A stretch of DNA of 64,000 nt, from assembly GCA_963745075.1 (NCBI GenBank), contig CAVUWV010000008.1:384001-448000 (forward strand). The letters run 5' to 3'. Source of the stretch: Candidatus Hydrogenedentota bacterium. GTDB taxonomy: Bacteria; Hydrogenedentota; Hydrogenedentia; Hydrogenedentales; SLHB01. Of this stretch, positions 28,788 through 49,721 are shown in pieces. The position numbers and the translations under genes were made by a program. A model generated the notes under the pieces. It was not told where the DNA came from. It did no database searches and was given only the letters and a program-made list of their open reading frames with translations. The stretch's first letter is position 1. The number at the start of each line of letters is the position of its first letter.

Positions 28788-30132
28788 ATGCCCCCTCAAA
28801 TACCCACGGCGCCCGATACTCCACCTTGTTCAACAGCGCCGAGGCCTCATCGTCCCCGACGATCCGCTCCGTGGCCGGGTCCCACGTCAGCGCGCGCCCC
28901 ACGGCATACGACACATACCCCAGGTGACCCGGCGTCACCGAACGATGGGCCGTCTCGGCCGGCGCAATGCACGCTTCACGCGACTTCACGCAATCCACGA
29001 AATTCCGCGCATGCCCCGGCGACGCGTACGCCTTAATCGACCCCGGATCGAAATCCTCTTCGATCCACTTCGGATCCGACGCCTCCAATTTGCCGCGATC
29101 CACCCAAACCCAGCCGTCTTCGCCGATCCACTTCGTGCCGCCACGGTTCTGGCTGGAGATCGTCGACGCAATACCGCCGTCATACGCACACCGAATCTCA
29201 TAGTCCTTCGGCGTGTTGTACACGTCCGTTTCCGGAAAGACCCAGTTCACCGCCTCCACGCGCTTGGGACCGCTCTTGTCCATCCCGATGCCCCAGTGTG
29301 CGATGTCGTTGTGATGGCCGATCCAGTCCATAAGCACCCCGCCGCCGTACGCCGTGTGCCCTCGCCACCACCGGTGATGCCGCGCCCGCATGTACGGCAA
29401 CACCTCGCTCGGCCCGCACCAGAAGTCGTAATCCAGATGATCCGGTGGATCCTGAATCGTCGTGTCGCCCATCGGTTCCGCGTAGCCCGGCGGCAGCCCC
29501 ACCTCGATGTGCTGTACTCTACCGAGGTGCCCGTTCTGCACCAGTTCCACGGCCCGCCGGAACTCGCGACCGGACCGCTGCTGCGACCCCGCCTGAAACA
29601 CCGCCTTGCACGTCGCCGCCGTGCGATAAACCTCTTGCCCCTCCGGGAACCGATGCGTCAACGGCTTCTCGCAATACACGTCCTTGCCGCGTTGCAGCGC
29701 CTCCACCGTACACCGCGCGTGCCAATGATCCGGCGTGGCGACTACCACCACATCTAAATCGTCCCGCGCGCACAGCTCCCGGAAATCCGAATACGTCTGA
29801 ACCACGTGCGGTCCGCCGTCCGGACGTTTTGCGGCATAGTATTTCTCAATGGAAGCTTTGGCGGGTTCCAATCCGTACGCCGTACCATCGCCCCAAGGCT
29901 TGTCACGGTAATGCTTCGTATCCACATCGCACACCGCCACGATCTGCGTGTCCGGTTGCTGGATGAAATCGCCGATGAGATTAAACGCCCGCGAACCGGC
30001 GCCCACGATGCCAACCACGATCCGTTCGCTCGGCGCTGTTCCTTCTTTACCCAACGCCGTCGCCGGGACGATGAAGGGCGCCACCGCCGTCGCGCCTGCT
30101 CCCCGCAGAAACTCTCTTCGCGTCCAATACAT
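28786..30132 (-). CDS. Tat-exported Gfo/Idh/MocA oxidoreductase
   Basis: TRREFL twin-arginine signal, GIVGAGSR, ATPDHWH, VYCEKPL, GSQQRS, DWIGHHND. Confidence 0.92.
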   Translation of the reverse strand: MYWTRREFLRGAGATAVAPFIVPATALGKEGTAPSERIVVGIVGAGSRAFNLIGDFIQQPDTQIVAVCDVDTKHYRDKPWGDGTAYGLEPAKASIEKYYAAKRPDGGPHVVQTYSDFRELCARDDLDVVVVATPDHWHARCTVEALQRGKDVYCEKPLTHRFPEGQEVYRTAATCKAVFQAGSQQRSGREFRRAVELVQNGHLGRVQHIEVGLPPGYAEPMGDTTIQDPPDHLDYDFWCGPSEVLPYMRARHHRWWRGHTAYGGGVLMDWIGHHNDIAHWGIGMDKSGPKRVEAVNWVFPETDVYNTPKDYEIRCAYDGGIASTISSQNRGGTKWIGEDGWVWVDRGKLEASDPKWIEEDFDPGSIKAYASPGHARNFVDCVKSREACIAPAETAHRSVTPGHLGYVSYAVGRALTWDPATERIVGDDEASALLNKVEYRAPWVFEGA

Positions 30133-30187
30133 ATTTGCTTCACCTTCGCGCAATTGCCGATGCGTCTCCCTGCCCGCTTTTCCTCAA

Positions 30188-30348
30188 AGAACATCCCCCT
30201 TATCCCCCTTCAAATGGGGAATCGGCGCGCCTGTTTGGCGGCGCGAATGCGATCGCAAGAGACTCCGTGACTACAGACTGAACTTATCATCACCTGAGAC
30301 TCAGAGTTCCGAACTCCCCCTTTGAAGGGGGATCAAGGGGGATGTTCT
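30188..30348. repeat. REPIN/MITE-like element with about 35-nt terminal inverted repeats
   Basis: AGAACATCCCCCTT-ATCCCCCTTCAAATGGGGAAT versus the reverse complement of ACTCCCCCTTTGAAGGGGGATCAAGGGGGATGTTCT. Confidence 0.8.
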
Positions 30349-30378
30349 CCGGAAATCTTCCGGTTGTAAGGGTTGCAC

Positions 30379-31221
30379 TCACAACTCCCGAATCCGAATG
30401 TTCCGCCAACGGCACTTCTTCCCCGTGGGCCAACTCTTCCCGCCATGCACCTGCAAGCCGATGGATCCGCGCTCACCCAGGATGCCGAGTACCCGATCCT
30501 TATCGTAACCCGGCATGGTGCTGGTCTCTCCGTTGAAGTGACAGATCTTCACGCCGTTGATCCACGTCGTGATCTGCGGATACTTGCCCACACAGCGAAT
30601 CCGCGCTTCATTCCAGTCGTCGATCCGCCACGCGCCCATCCACTCCTCCGGCGTGCAGCTATATTCATAGACGCCCTCCGGCCACGTCGCCGTACGCGGG
30701 TCCGGTTTCGATGTGAATCCGACAATCGTGCCGTCCTCGTTCTTCGTTGCCACGATCTGAAACGGCTTCATCGCAAACGCCCCCGGCATTTCCCCCCGCA
30801 GATGGCCGACGTTTCCGCCGTCGTAATAATCCACGTACATCTGAAACCCCGACCCGTCCTCCGTGCACCGGAAAAACACCCCGCTGTCCGGTCCCCAATC
30901 CGGCCGCATTTCGATGGCGAGCTCAAAGTCCCCGTACATGCCGTCCGACAGCAGCAATCCGCCGTTCCCCGACCCCGGCGGGTCCTGCTCCCCCGTGAGC
31001 ACGCCGTCCTCGACCTGCCAGTGTCCGCCCGTGCCGTGCGCAATCTTGCCCGCATTCTTGTGCCAGCCGTTCAGCGTCTTCCCGTCGAAAATCGCCGTGA
31101 ATGCGTCTTCGCCGGCCGGTTCCGCCGCCATGCCCCGCGCGCCCAGCAGCGCCGCACCCGACAACGCCGCCGCCCCAAACTGACGTCGGGTCACCGTTGG
31201 ATTCTCGCTCTGCCTGTCCAT
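30379..31221 (-). CDS. Tat-exported DUF1080 (3-keto-disaccharide hydrolase-like) protein
   Basis: TRRQF signal, IFDGKTLNGW, WQVEDGVL, DSGVFFR, WNEARI, GSIGLQVH, WRNIRIREL. Confidence 0.88.
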   Translation of the reverse strand: MDRQSENPTVTRRQFGAAALSGAALLGARGMAAEPAGEDAFTAIFDGKTLNGWHKNAGKIAHGTGGHWQVEDGVLTGEQDPPGSGNGGLLLSDGMYGDFELAIEMRPDWGPDSGVFFRCTEDGSGFQMYVDYYDGGNVGHLRGEMPGAFAMKPFQIVATKNEDGTIVGFTSKPDPRTATWPEGVYEYSCTPEEWMGAWRIDDWNEARIRCVGKYPQITTWINGVKICHFNGETSTMPGYDKDRVLGILGERGSIGLQVHGGKSWPTGKKCRWRNIRIREL

Positions 31222-31567
31222 GTATCGCTCCATCTCCTCAACGCCCACGCTCGGTCTGCGCCTGCCTGCGGCCGTCCGTGTCCGTCCGTGCCCGCCCAGT
31301 CACCTCCGACCTTGCACCAAACCCCGCGCCCGTTTCAAAGTGCTCCCCGAGTTCACCTTCCCTGCACACCCACGCGCCAAAGTGCCGTAAATCCACAATC
31401 CTTGTCGTTCCTGTCGTCCATTCTGTCCATCTCGTCTATCCGGTTCATCGCCAGCACCAAAAAATCCCATATTCCTGGCAAAATATACTTAACCCACTGC
31501 AATAACATAGCTTACATCACCAGTCCGCGCGCCGTCCCCGCCGCCAAGAAATCACTTGGCATGATTG

Positions 31568-31596
31568 TTGACACGGCCCGTGACTTATGGTAAACT
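31568..31596 (+). promoter_or_regulatory. Sigma70 promoter of rpoBC
   Basis: TTGACA-N17-TAAACT with extended -10 TG. Confidence 0.75.
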
Positions 31597-31716
31597 CTTT
31601 TTTTGTGCTTCCCTCAGGCAGAAGTGTGTCCATTTGTCGAGACTTGGAATGCGGTAGAACTGTCTTTCGCGCATCCCAAGTCAAATCAACCTTACCGAGA
31701 ATAGAGGGTACTCTGC

Positions 31717-35585
<3,869 letters not shown>

Positions 35586-35588
35586 CGA

Positions 35589-39711
<4,123 letters not shown>

Positions 39712-39767
39712 TTCCCGGGTGCAGCGTCGGCCGGAGTTTCGCCGGCGTTCAAATAACGACGTGACGC

Positions 39768-39796
39768 TTGACATATGGGTATGCGTGTGTTAAGCT
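39768..39796 (+). promoter_or_regulatory. Sigma70 promoter of the str operon
   Basis: TTGACA-N17-TAAGCT with TG extension. Confidence 0.75.
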
Positions 39797-39932
39797 TGCG
39801 GGCCGTTGTCTATGGGGGACAGTTGTGCCTGTAACGCAAACGTTGCGGTACGATTCCGTCCCGTGAGACGACGCGGAACCAAGGAGCTAAGGCCCTCTAC
39901 TAAAGAGGCTTAGGAGTTAAGGAGATTATCTC

Positions 39933-40358
39933 TTGCCAACCATCAACCAATTGATGCGTGGCTCGCGCAAAAAACGGGTGAGCAAGACCAAGTCGCCGGC
40001 CCTGCTGCAATGTCCGCAGGCCTCGGGAACTTGTACACGTGTGTACACGATGACCCCCAAGAAACCGAACTCGGCCCTCCGCAAAGTGGCCCGCGTCCGG
40101 CTGAAGAACGGCATCGAAGTCACCGCCTACATTCCCGGCATCGGCCATAACCTGCAAGAGCACTCGCAGGTCATGATCCGCGGCGGCCGCGTCAAAGACC
40201 TTCCCGGCGTGCGCTACCACCTCATTCGCGGCGTCCTCGACGCCACCGGCGACATGGGTGGGACGGCCAGCGCCAAAGACGATGGCGGCAAGAAGGTGCA
40301 CACCGGACGCTGGGTCAGCCGATCGAAGTACGGCGTGAAAAAGCCCAAACAGGGTTAA
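39933..40358 (+). CDS. rpsL: 30S ribosomal protein S12
   Basis: [29 protein letters not shown]. Confidence 0.99.
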   Translation: MPTINQLMRGSRKKRVSKTKSPALLQCPQASGTCTRVYTMTPKKPNSALRKVARVRLKNGIEVTAYIPGIGHNLQEHSQVMIRGGRVKDLPGVRYHLIRGVLDATGDMGGTASAKDDGGKKVHTGRWVSRSKYGVKKPKQG

Positions 40359-40374
40359 TGAGGAGCGGTGAGTA

Positions 40375-40848
40375 ATGCCACGTCGTCGTGAGGTTCCCAA
40401 GCGCCAGCCGCTTCCGGATCCAAAGTTTAAGAACGTCACCCTGACAAAATTCGTCAACACCGTCATGGTCGACGGCAAGAAGAGTATTGCCGAATCGATC
40501 GTGTACGGCGCGCTGCAGATCATTCATGGCCGCAGTCCCAACGAAGACACCATCCGGATCTTCGAAGTGGCCATCGAAAACGCGAAGCCGGTTCTGCAAG
40601 TCAAGTCGCGCCGCGTCGGCGGTTCCACCTATCAGGTGCCCGTCGAGATCCCGCCCGCGACCCGGACGGCGTTGGCCTTTCGTTGGATTATTGAGTTTGC
40701 CCGCAAACGCGGCGAGAAGTCCATGGAAGAACGTCTCGCGGGCGAGTTGCTGGACTGCTTTAACAAGACCGGCAACACCATTAAACGGCGCGAAGATACG
40801 CATCGGATGGCCGAGGCCAACAAAGCCTTTGCCCACCTCCGTTATTGA
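40375..40848 (+). CDS. rpsG: 30S ribosomal protein S7
   Basis: [31 protein letters not shown]. Confidence 0.99.
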   Translation: MPRRREVPKRQPLPDPKFKNVTLTKFVNTVMVDGKKSIAESIVYGALQIIHGRSPNEDTIRIFEVAIENAKPVLQVKSRRVGGSTYQVPVEIPPATRTALAFRWIIEFARKRGEKSMEERLAGELLDCFNKTGNTIKRREDTHRMAEANKAFAHLRY

Positions 40849-41132
40849 GCTAGGCTCGGTTTTCTTCAGAGCCCACTCCTAGTTGATAGCCGGATTAGTT
40901 TTGCCACCATGCCCTTGCGCAACGCAAAGGAGCGCGAGGGGTTTGTGTTGTGATTATGCCCCGTCGGTTTTCCAGGACGCGGTCGCGTCGCGGGGCCGGG
41001 ATGTGAAGGACACAGGTTAGATACTCGAAATGAACCGCATGTATACATATCGCAAACAGTCGCCCGCGGCCCCCGTCGTGGAAACCGGCTTTGTAACGCA
41101 CGCCTGCCGTGGGTTGAAAAGGGGGCGGTTCC

Positions 41133-43236
41133 ATGTCTAAGCGCCGCTACACCCTGAACAAAACCCGCAATATCGGCATCATGGCCCATATCGACGCGGG
41201 CAAGACCACCGTCACCGAACGGATCCTGTTCTACTCCGGGCGCCTCCATCGCGTCGGCGAAGTGCACGAAGGCACCGCCACCATGGACTACATGGCCCAG
41301 GAACGCGAACGCGGCATCACCATTACCTCCGCCGCCACCGCCTGCGAGTGGAAAGAGCACCGGATCAATATCATCGATACCCCCGGCCACGTGGACTTCA
41401 CCGCTGAAGTCGAACGAAGCCTCCGCGTGCTCGACGGAGCCGTCGCCGTATTCTGTGCCGTTGCCGGCGTCCAGCCCCAGTCCGAGACCGTCTGGCGCCA
41501 GGCCGACAAGTACGGCGTCCCCCGGATCGCGTTCATCAACAAGATGGACCGCGTCGGCGCCGACTTCAATCGCGCCGTGAACACCATGCGCGAACGGCTC
41601 GGCGCCCGCGCAGTGCCCTTGCACATTCCCATCGGCGCCGAAGACTCGTTCCGCGGCGTCATCGACATCGTCGCCATGCGCGCCGTCGAATGGCGGGGCG
41701 AAGGTATTGCCACGGAAATGGTCGAAATCCCCATTCCGGACGACATGAACGATGCCGTCGAAACGGCCCGGCACGACGCCATCGCGGCCGCTGCCGAATG
41801 CGACGAAGCCCTCATGGAGAAATACGTCCTCGAAGAGGAAATCTCCACCGAAGAAATGAAGGCCGCCCTCCGCAAAGGCACCATCGGCAACCTCATATGT
41901 CCCGTGTTCGCCGGCACCGCCCTCAAGAACAAAGGCACGCGCCTCCTCCTCGACGCCGTCATCGACTATCTGCCCTCGCCCGTCGACGTCGCGTCCGTCG
42001 TCGGCATGGACCCCGGTTCCGAACAAAAAGAAATCGAACGCAAACCCAGCGACGACGAACCCTTTGCCGGTCTCGCCTTCAAGATCCTGACCGATCCGCA
42101 CGTCGGCCGCTTGACCTTCGTGCGCGTCTACTCCGGCATCGTAAAATCGGGCGACATGGTGCTCAACGTCCGCACCGGCCGCAAGGAACGCCTGGGCCGG
42201 CTCCTCGAAATGCACGCCGACCAGCGCATCGATTTGACCGAACTGCGCGCCGGCGACATCGGCGCCGTCATCGGCGCGAAAAACACCACCACCGGCGACA
42301 CCCTGTGCGACCCGAAAAAACCCGTCGCCCTCATGGCAGTGACGTTCCCGGATCCGGTGGTCCATATCGCCATCGAACCCAAAACCAAGGCCGACCAGGA
42401 CAAATTGTCCGACGCCTTGAACAAACTGAGTGAAGAAGACCCCACCTTCCGCGTCCGGGCCGACGAAGAAACCGGCCAGACCATTATCGCGGGTATGGGC
42501 GAACTGCACCTCGACATCATCGTCGACCGCATGCGGCGCGAATTCAACGTCCACGCCAACGTCGGCAAGCCCATGGTCGCCTACCGCGAATCCATCCGCA
42601 AGCGTGCGGAAGCCCAAGGCAAATTCGTCCGCCAGAGCGGCGGTCGCGGCCAATACGGCCACGTCGTCCTCGCCATCGAGCCGGGCGAACCCGGTTCCGG
42701 ATTTACCTTCGAAAACCAAAGCGTCGGCGGCGTGGTTCCCAAAGAATACTTCAATTCCGTCGAGCGCGGCGCCAAGGAAGCCCTCGAAAGCGGCATCGTC
42801 GCCGGCTATCCCATGGTCGACATCAAAGTGACGCTTGCTGGACGGTTCGTACCACGAGGTCGACTCCTCGGAAATGGCCTTCCAGACCGCCGCATCCATG
42901 GGCGTCAAGGCCGCCGTGCCCAAGGCCCGGCCGGTCCTGCTCGAGCCCGTCATGAAGGTCGAAGTGGTCTGCCCCGACGAATACACCGGCGACGTAATCG
43001 GCGACTTCAACGGCCGCCGCGGCCGCCTTGACACGCATGGAACAGGTTGGCGCGGTGCGCAAGCTGTTCAGCCTTCGTGCCCTCTCGCCGAGATGTTCGG
43101 ATACGCCAACGATATCCGTTCCCGGACCCAGGGCCGCGCCTCGTACAGCATGGAATTCGCCCAGTACGAACCAGTGCCGCCCAGTATTGCAAACGAAATC
43201 ATGGAACGTTCGGGAAGTTCGTTCCGGTTTAGTTGA
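41133..43236 (+). CDS. fusA: Elongation factor G (frameshifts near 42835 and 43030-43075)
   Basis: [46 protein letters not shown]. Confidence 0.98.
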
Positions 43237-43301
43237 GTTTGAATCGTAGTGACAGGATTCCGGCGCGGTGGCCGCGTCGATGAGAGTGCAAGGAGAGAAC
43301 C

Positions 43302-44499
<1,198 letters not shown>

Positions 44500-44581
44500 C
44501 GTAACCAACCAACGGTTGAAGTAGTAAACTGTATTGCGATGCGCCACGACGCAACGTGGCCCAGGCAGGTGGAGACATACA

Positions 44582-44895
44582 ATGGCGGACAGCCAGAAGA
44601 TTCGAATCAAACTGCGGGCGTACGATCATCGGCTGCTGGATCAGTCGACCCAGGAAATCGTCTCGGCCGCACAGCGCACGGGCGCCAGCATCAACGGACC
44701 CGATTCCGCTGCCGACCGCCCTGTCGAAGTATACGGTCAACCGCTCCCCGCACGTCGACAAGAAGTCGCGGGAGCAGTTTGAAGTGCGCACGCACAAACG
44801 GCTGTTGGACATTGTCGAACCCCACGGCCCAAACCGTGGACGCGCTCATGCGGCTGGACCTTCCGGCGGGTGTGGATGTGGAGATCAAGCAGTAG
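44582..44895 (+). CDS. rpsJ: 30S ribosomal protein S10 (2 frameshifts)
   Basis: [15 protein letters not shown] / [14 protein letters not shown] / [12 protein letters not shown]. Confidence 0.96.
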
Positions 44896-44948
44896 GAGCG
44901 GTACGGCGGCACGGCGCGGCGGATACCGCTGAATAGGGATAGGCAACA

Positions 44949-45589
44949 ATGCTAACGGGATTGTTAGGACGAAAGCTGGGCATGACCCGGATCTTCACGG
45001 AGGATGGCCGCTGGGTTGAAGTGACCTTGCTCGAAGCGGGTCCCTGCACGGTCGTGCAGCGCAAAACGCAAGACCACCGACGGCTACGAAGCCGTGCAGC
45101 TTGGTTTCGGCGACCAAGAAAGAAAAGCGCTGCACCAAACCCGAACTGGGGCACTTCAAAAAGTCCGAGCGTCGACCCGCAAGGCCACGCTGCGCGAATT
45201 CCCGATCGCCGGCGACACGAACTCAAAGCCGGTGACGAAGTGAAGGCCGACCTGTTCGACGTCGGCGACCACATCGACGTCAGCGGCACCAGCAAAGGCG
45301 CCGGGTTTGCCGGCGTCCATCAAGCGCCACGGCTTCGGCGGCGGACCCGGCGCCCACGGCTCGAATTTCCACCGTGCGCCCGGCTCCATCGGCCCCAGCG
45401 CCGACGCCGTCCCGGACCCTGAAAGGCACCAAGTTGCCCGGCCAGATGGGCAACGTCCGCGTGACCGCCCAAAACCTCGAAGTGGTCCAGGTCAATGCCG
45501 AAAAGAATTTGATCGCGGTGCGCGGCTGCGTGCCCGGAAAGCCCGGCCGCGTGGTGGAACTCAAGAAAAGCGTGAAAGGATCGCGTTAG
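44949..45589 (+). CDS. rplC: 50S ribosomal protein L3 (several frameshifts)
   Basis: GLLGRKLGMTRIF, DVSGTSKG, HRAPGSIG, LPGQMGN. Confidence 0.95.
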
Positions 45590-45591
45590 TC

Positions 45592-46219
45592 ATGGCTTCG
45601 GCGAAAGTATTCAAGATGGACGGCAGCGACGCCGGCACGCTGGAACTCGACGGCGCCGTGTTCGACGTCGAACCCAACGCCACGCTCGTACACGACGTGG
45701 TCGTGGCCCTTCGCAACGCCCAGCGTCAGGGCAACGCGGTGAGTCAAGAATCGCAGTGCAGTCAGCGGCGGCGGCAAGAAGCCCTACCGCCAGAAAGGCA
45801 CCGGCACCGCCCGGCACGGCAGCAGCCGCGAACCCCAAATGCGGGGCGGCGGCGTTGTCTGGGGACCGCGCAAACGCAGTTACCGCCAGAAGGTGCCCAC
45901 CGCGTTCCGCCGCAAGGCCCTCTGTTGCGCGTTGAGCGACTGCCTCCGGTCCGACGCCTTGTACGTGTTGGACTCGCTGGCCTGCGAACTGCCCAAAACA
46001 AAACCGTTTGCCGAAATGCTTGGCAAACTGTCTCCGGACGGCAAGAAGACCCTGTTTGTCACGGTCGAAACCGACGACAACGTGGCCTTGTCCGCACGGA
46101 ATCTGAATCGCGTGGGGCTTAAAACCGCGAGCGATCTAAATGCGTTAGATGTGATGAATTACGGCCGCGTCGTGCTCGTCCGCGACGCCGTCGCCAAGCT
46201 CGAGGAGCGCCTCAAATGA
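45592..46219 (+). CDS. rplD: 50S ribosomal protein L4 (frameshift near 45745)
   Basis: RQGN, GGGKKPYRQKGTG.AR, RGGGVVWGP, SARNL. Confidence 0.95.
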
Positions 46220-46503
46220 AATCCGATCCGTTTTACATCGTCCGGAGGCCCATCATCACCGAAGAATCGACCATCCAGACGCAATCGCGCAATCAATACG
46301 TGTTTCACGTCGATCCACGCGCCAATAAACACCAGATTCGGGATGCCATCGAGCAGATGTTTCAGGTGAAGGTCGTCTCCGTGAACACCATGAACTACGT
46401 GGGCAAGCAGCGCCGTCGCGGCCGCACCGTTGGACGCCGGCCGCACTGGAAGAAAGCGATCGTCACGCTGCGTCCGGGCGACGCGATCGACCTGATCGGG
46501 TAG
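46216..46503 (+). CDS. rplW: 50S ribosomal protein L23
   Basis: [26 protein letters not shown]. Confidence 0.97.
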   Translation: MKSDPFYIVRRPIITEESTIQTQSRNQYVFHVDPRANKHQIRDAIEQMFQVKVVSVNTMNYVGKQRRRGRTVGRRPHWKKAIVTLRPGDAIDLIG

Positions 46504-46517
46504 GAGTCGTAGGGATT

Positions 46518-47345
46518 ATGGGAATCAAGAAGTTCAAGCCGTTGACACCGTCCCAGCGCGGGATGAGTGTGTCCGACTTTGCCGAGATTACAAAGGACAA
46601 GCCCGAAAAGGCCTTGACCGCGCCCATGAAGCGCAAGTCCGGCCGCAACAACCACGGCCGCATCACCATGCGCCGACGAGGTGGCGGCCACAAACGCCGC
46701 TATCGCGTCCTCGACTTCCGCCGCGAAAAAGACGGCGTCCCGTGCAAGGTCTCGGCCATCGAATACGATCCGAACCGGTCCGCGCGTATCGCCCTCGTCG
46801 TCTACGCCGACGGCGAAAAACGCTACATCCTCGCGCCGCGCGGCCTCGAAGTCGGCATGACGCTTCAGAGCGGCGTCGGCGCGGATTTTCAGGTCGGCAA
46901 CTGCCTGCCCCTGGCCAATATCCCCCTCGGGACCGAAATTCACAACGTCGAACTGACCCCCGGCAAGGGCGGCCAGATCGCGCGCTCCGCCGGAAACGGC
47001 TGCCAGTTGCTGGCCAAAGAAGGCGAACACGCCGCGTTGCGGCTGCCCTCCGGCGAAATGCGCCGCGTCTTCCTGTCCTGCCGCGCCACCATTGGAAACG
47101 TCGGCAACGAAGACCACAGCAACATCAGCATCGGGAAAGCCGGCCGCACACGCTGGAAAGGCCGCCGTCCGAAAGTCCGCGGCGTTGTCATGAACCCGGT
47201 GGACCACCCCCACGGCGGCGGTGAAGGCCGCACCTCAGGGGGCCGCCACCCCGTGACCCCGTGGGGCGTTCCCACCAAGGGACACAAGACGCGTAAGCAG
47301 AAGAAACGTTCGAACGTTTTCATCATTCGTCGGCGCAAGCCCTGA
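46518..47345 (+). CDS. rplB: 50S ribosomal protein L2
   Basis: [34 protein letters not shown]. Confidence 0.99.
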   Translation: MGIKKFKPLTPSQRGMSVSDFAEITKDKPEKALTAPMKRKSGRNNHGRITMRRRGGGHKRRYRVLDFRREKDGVPCKVSAIEYDPNRSARIALVVYADGEKRYILAPRGLEVGMTLQSGVGADFQVGNCLPLANIPLGTEIHNVELTPGKGGQIARSAGNGCQLLAKEGEHAALRLPSGEMRRVFLSCRATIGNVGNEDHSNISIGKAGRTRWKGRRPKVRGVVMNPVDHPHGGGEGRTSGGRHPVTPWGVPTKGHKTRKQKKRSNVFIIRRRKP

Positions 47346-47404
47346 CCGGCTTTGCGCAGGCCACGCCCGGCAGTGTGCCGGGCCGTAGATAGGAGATTGA
47401 CACC

Positions 47405-47671
47405 GTGCCACGCTCAGTGAAGAAAGGCCCGTTCGTCGACGACCACCTCATGAAAAAGGTGGAGAAGCACATGTCGTCGGGCGACAAACGCGTGATCCGG
47501 ACCTGGTCGCGCCGCTCGACCGTGACCCCTGAAATGGTGGGCCTCACGATCGCGGTTCACAACGGCAACAAGTTCCTCCCCGTGTTCGTCTCGGAAAACA
47601 TGGTGGGGCACAAACTGGGCGAGTTCGCCCCCACGCGTACCTACCGAGGGCACGCGGGCGGCAAGAAATAG
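47405..47671 (+). CDS. rpsS: 30S ribosomal protein S19
   Basis: [26 protein letters not shown]. Confidence 0.99.
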   Translation: MPRSVKKGPFVDDHLMKKVEKHMSSGDKRVIRTWSRRSTVTPEMVGLTIAVHNGNKFLPVFVSENMVGHKLGEFAPTRTYRGHAGGKK

Positions 47672-47687
47672 AAAGGGAGGTTGACCA

Positions 47688-48083
47688 ATGCCGGTAGCAG
47701 TGGCACGGGCCAGACATCTGCGCGTCTCTCCGCGTAAATTGCGGTTGGTAGCCGACCTGATTCGTGGCAAGAGCGTCGCCGAAGCGCGCGACATTCTGCA
47801 GTTCACGATCAAAGGCGGATCGCCCTTGTTGTCAAAGGTGCTCGCCTCGGCCGTGGCCAACGCCGAAAGCAAAGCCGCCGAAAAGCGCGAACGCCTCGAC
47901 ACAGACGAGATGGTCATCTCGAAGATTATGGTCAATGACGGCCTTACGATGAAACGGTTCCGCTCCGCGCCCCGAAGCCGCGCGGTGAAGATCCGCAAAC
48001 GTATCAGCCACGTGGAATTGGTAATTTCGGATAAAGTAAGTAGGGACCGGCCGCGCATCGGCGCGACACCATCCCGCACCTAA
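47688..48083 (+). CDS. rplV: 50S ribosomal protein L22 (C-terminal extension may be an indel artefact)
   Basis: [29 protein letters not shown]. Confidence 0.97.
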   Translation: MPVAVARARHLRVSPRKLRLVADLIRGKSVAEARDILQFTIKGGSPLLSKVLASAVANAESKAAEKRERLDTDEMVISKIMVNDGLTMKRFRSAPRSRAVKIRKRISHVELVISDKVSRDRPRIGATPSRT

Positions 48084-48094
48084 GGAGAACATCG

Positions 48095-48790
48095 GTGGGT
48101 CAGAAGGTACATCCGCTGGGCTTTCGCCTGGGCGTGATCCGCACCTGGAGTTCGATCTGGTACGCCGGACGCGACTACGCGGATCTGCTCCATGAAGATT
48201 TGAAGCTGCGCGACTACATCAAAAAGCGGCTGTACAACACCGGTGTGGCCCGCGTCGACATCGAACGCGCCGGCCGCAAGGCCAAAGTGCACATTTTCAC
48301 CGCGCGCCCCGGTCTGGTCATCGGCCAGCGCGGATCGGAAGTCGACAAGCTTCGCTTCGAACTCGAGAAGCTGACCGGCCGTGAACTGCTCATCAACATT
48401 CACGAAGTCGTCAGCCCCGAACTCAACGCCCAGCTCGTCGCCGAGAACATCGCGTCCCAATTGGAGCGCCGCGTCTCCTTCCGCCGGGCCATGAAAAAGG
48501 CCATGCAGAACACCATGCGCCTCGGCGCCAAGGGGATTCGTCTCCGCGTGGCCGGCCGCCTGAACGGCGCCGAAATCGCTCGTCAGGAGCAGGCCCGCGA
48601 CGGCAGCATCCCGCTCCATACCCTGCGGGCGGACGTGGACTACGGACTGGCCACCAGCTTCACGACCTACGGAACCATCGGCGTGAAATGCTGGATTTAC
48701 CACGGCGACGTGGAGCCCGGTGGCATGGCCTCCGGCCCCGCCGACGCCCGTGGAGTGCAGGGACGCCGCGACCGCGGCCCCCGGCAGTAA
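48095..48790 (+). CDS. rpsC: 30S ribosomal protein S3
   Basis: [41 protein letters not shown]. Confidence 0.99.
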   Translation: MGQKVHPLGFRLGVIRTWSSIWYAGRDYADLLHEDLKLRDYIKKRLYNTGVARVDIERAGRKAKVHIFTARPGLVIGQRGSEVDKLRFELEKLTGRELLINIHEVVSPELNAQLVAENIASQLERRVSFRRAMKKAMQNTMRLGAKGIRLRVAGRLNGAEIARQEQARDGSIPLHTLRADVDYGLATSFTTYGTIGVKCWIYHGDVEPGGMASGPADARGVQGRRDRGPRQ

Positions 48791-48808
48791 TCGAGGAGAA
48801 TCAGTACC

Positions 48809-49216
48809 ATGCTGATGCCGAAACGAGTGAAGCACCGCAAACAGCAACGCGGCCGCCGGACGGGCGCAAGCAAAGGCGGAACGAATGTCGACTTTGGCGA
48901 ATACGGTTTGAAGGCCGATCAGGACGGATGGATCACCGCCCGTCAGATCGAGGCCGCCCGTATCGCCCTGACCCGCCACATTAAACGCGGCGGGAAAATC
49001 TGGATTCGCGTCTTCCCGGACAAGCCCATTACCAAGAAGCCCGCGGAAGTTCGCATGGGTAAAGGCAAAGGCGCCCCCGAAGAATGGGTCGCCGTGGTCA
49101 AGCCCGGCCGCGTCATGTTCGAACTCGAGGGCGTCAGCGAAGATCTGGCCCGCGAAGCCGTGCGCTTGGCGGGGCACAAACTGCCCATCGCGACCCGGTT
49201 CGTGAAGCGGCCCTAA
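48809..49216 (+). CDS. rplP: 50S ribosomal protein L16
   Basis: [25 protein letters not shown]. Confidence 0.99.
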   Translation: MLMPKRVKHRKQQRGRRTGASKGGTNVDFGEYGLKADQDGWITARQIEAARIALTRHIKRGGKIWIRVFPDKPITKKPAEVRMGKGKGAPEEWVAVVKPGRVMFELEGVSEDLAREAVRLAGHKLPIATRFVKRP

Positions 49217-49232
49217 GGCACGGAGAACTGAA

Positions 49233-49442
49233 GTGAGAGCGAGAGAATTTCGAGAGCTGTCCGACGAGGAACTCGGCCAGCAGTTGAAAGATCGGAGCGA
49301 AGCGCTTCGAAATTTCCATTTTCAAATGGCCACAAGTTCCGTGGACAACACCCGCGGCGCCCGTCAGGCGCGCCGGGACGTCGCACGGATCAGGACAATC
49401 ATGCGGGAGCGGGAGCTGGCCGCGAAGAAAGAGGCTATCTAG
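49233..49442 (+). CDS. rpmC: 50S ribosomal protein L29
   Basis: [17 protein letters not shown]; operon position. Confidence 0.95.
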   Translation: MRAREFRELSDEELGQQLKDRSEALRNFHFQMATSSVDNTRGARQARRDVARIRTIMRERELAAKKEAI

Positions 49443-49443
49443 C

Positions 49444-49701
49444 ATGCAGGAACGCGGCGCCAGGAAAGAACGGGTCGGTGTAGTCACAAGCACGGCCATG
49501 GACAAGACCATCACGGTCAGCGTGGAACGTTTCGTACAGCATCGCCTGTACAAAAAGGGCGTGAAGCAAACGAAAAAATTCAAAGCCCACGACGGAGAAA
49601 ACTCCTGCAACGTGGGGGATTTGGTCCGGATTCGCGAAACCCGCCCCGTCAGTAAGACCAAGCGGTGGCGCCTGATCGAAGTCGTCAAACGCGCCGAGTA
49701 A
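49444..49701 (+). CDS. rpsQ: 30S ribosomal protein S17
   Basis: [22 protein letters not shown]. Confidence 0.98.
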   Translation: MQERGARKERVGVVTSTAMDKTITVSVERFVQHRLYKKGVKQTKKFKAHDGENSCNVGDLVRIRETRPVSKTKRWRLIEVVKRAE

Positions 49702-49721
49702 CCGGTGAGGAAACGAAGTCC

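Noticed and set aside
48035..48083. Novel C-terminal extension of L22
   Set aside because: GATAAAGTAAG would read D-K-stop with one fewer A; likely a homopolymer indel
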